Shown piece by piece: positions 63,285 to 64,000 of a DNA stretch of 64,000 nucleotides. The stretch is from an uncultured Bacteroidales bacterium (GTDB taxonomy: Bacteria > Bacteroidota > Bacteroidia > Bacteroidales > WCHB1-69), in the NCBI GenBank assembly GCA_905235135.1, contig CAJOKR010000013.1:82-64081 (forward strand), in the 5' to 3' direction. Position numbers and translations under genes: made by a program. The stretch's first letter is position 1, and the number at the start of each line of letters is the position of its first letter. The notes under the pieces were generated by a model. That model saw only the letters and a list, made by a program, of their open reading frames with translations, searched no databases and had not been told where the DNA came from.

Positions 63285-63300
63285 TAGTTAGCAGTTGTAA
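63266..63300. repeat. heptamer array (GTTAGTA type)
   Basis: GTTAGTA GTTAGAA GTTAGTA GTTAGCA GTTGTAA. Contains the flippase stop TAG 63282-63284. It is the reverse-complement flavour of array 37484-37518. Confidence 0.8.
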
Positions 63301-63549
63301 CGGGAAGTATCAGATAAACTTTCGCGTGCCGGAGGCACGAAAGCTCAATAACCCCATACAAGCGTAACGCAGTGGAGCGCAGTGTGGGGTAGCGGAAGCG
63401 ACGCGGGACAGGCGTGCAGGATGCACGCTACTAACTCGGGAGTTAACAATCGAGCCTCCAAAGTGCAAAATTTGCACTTTGAATTGCACTTTGGAAAGAA
63501 CCGGAGGAGACATAACAAGTTTAGGACAACTACAGGACAAGTATAATCC

Positions 63550-63990
63550 TTACAACTCCGCGTCCGCCGCGATGTAATCCTGCATTTCGTGTAGTTCGGA
63601 AACGCCATCGCGGATGAAATCGGCGATTTTCCATACGCCGTTTTCCTTCACTATCTTCACCTTGACGGGCTTTTTTTGTCCGCAATTGAGAACCACCAAG
63701 CTGACCACTGCTTCATTATCCGAGATGTTGTTCGTCGAAGTTATCTCGTACGAAAGATTCTTCCAATTATTTCCCTGAATCCAATGGTCGTAGTCATGGA
63801 AACCAATTTCTCCGGGATACTTCTTGTCAATCTCACACACGATGGAATCAGTAGTCAAATATTCGACAGACATGAACTTGTGGTCGAAATCGGCAGCAAT
63901 GATCTCTGATTCTGAAAGAGTGTTATATGCCTTAAACACCTCGTCATAAATCTCCCTGACGGCCTGTTCCGCAGAAATCTCCGCCACCAT
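63550..63990 (-). CDS. hypothetical protein (N-terminus may lie beyond the window)
   Basis: 146-aa ORF. The frame is still open at the window end. No motif recognised. Confidence 0.45.
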   Translation of the reverse strand: MVAEISAEQAVREIYDEVFKAYNTLSESEIIAADFDHKFMSVEYLTTDSIVCEIDKKYPGEIGFHDYDHWIQGNNWKNLSYEITSTNNISDNEAVVSLVVLNCGQKKPVKVKIVKENGVWKIADFIRDGVSELHEMQDYIAADAEL

Positions 63991-64000
63991 GGTGGACTCT

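Noticed and set aside
659-63300. CRISPR arrays, as an explanation for the heptamer arrays and the 16-nt repeats at 39524-39575
   Set aside because: The repeat period is 7 nt (or 16 nt) with no unique spacers. The arrays are under 120 nt long and no cas genes are present.

Overview
Chromosomal segment that looks like Bacteroidota (Bacteroidales/Prevotella-like). The evidence is TAnnTTTG -7 promoter boxes before most genes, T9SS C-terminal sorting domains, PorT, a GWxTD protein and a Fib_succ-type surface protein. Layout: (i) 1-11.1 kb is the right end of a decayed prophage (disrupted tape-measure gene, tail and fibre genes, tyrosine integrase) abutting tRNA-Gly(CCC). (ii) 11.4-34.5 kb holds housekeeping and envelope genes (ychF, Nfu, rsfS-ftsH-LUD-cdsA, T9SS protease, acyl-CoA ligase, CPA2 antiporter, gmhB, lipid A acyltransferase, fucP). 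A three-gene HipB/HipS/HipT-type toxin-antitoxin module and a roughly 1200-aa repetitive surface protein interrupt this block. (iii) 34.6-43.5 kb is an accessory patch around tRNA-Leu(TAG) with gene fragments, Sel1 proteins and HigB plus a HigA-ImmA fusion. (iv) 43.7-64 kb is housekeeping again (asparaginase, glyQS, porT, heptose kinase, NfeD, pepD, tRNA-Ser(CGA), flippase), with a Fic protein and an orphan HicB. Four non-genic signals stand out. (a) At least 15 arrays of degenerate 7-nt repeats fill intergenic spacers and often supply the stop codon of the upstream gene. (b) One inverted pair of these arrays brackets a four-helix-bundle (23S-IVS/Avd family) gene that sits in phase inside the phage tape-measure frame. 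(c) A dispersed palindromic GTAGAGACG...CGTCTCTAC hairpin family occurs seven times. (d) Five interrupted ORFs are present: two in-frame TGA codons at conserved residues and three frameshifts, two of them at homopolymer runs. No rRNA, CRISPR array, cas gene or reverse transcriptase was seen. All functional calls rest on motif recognition by eye, since no database search was possible.
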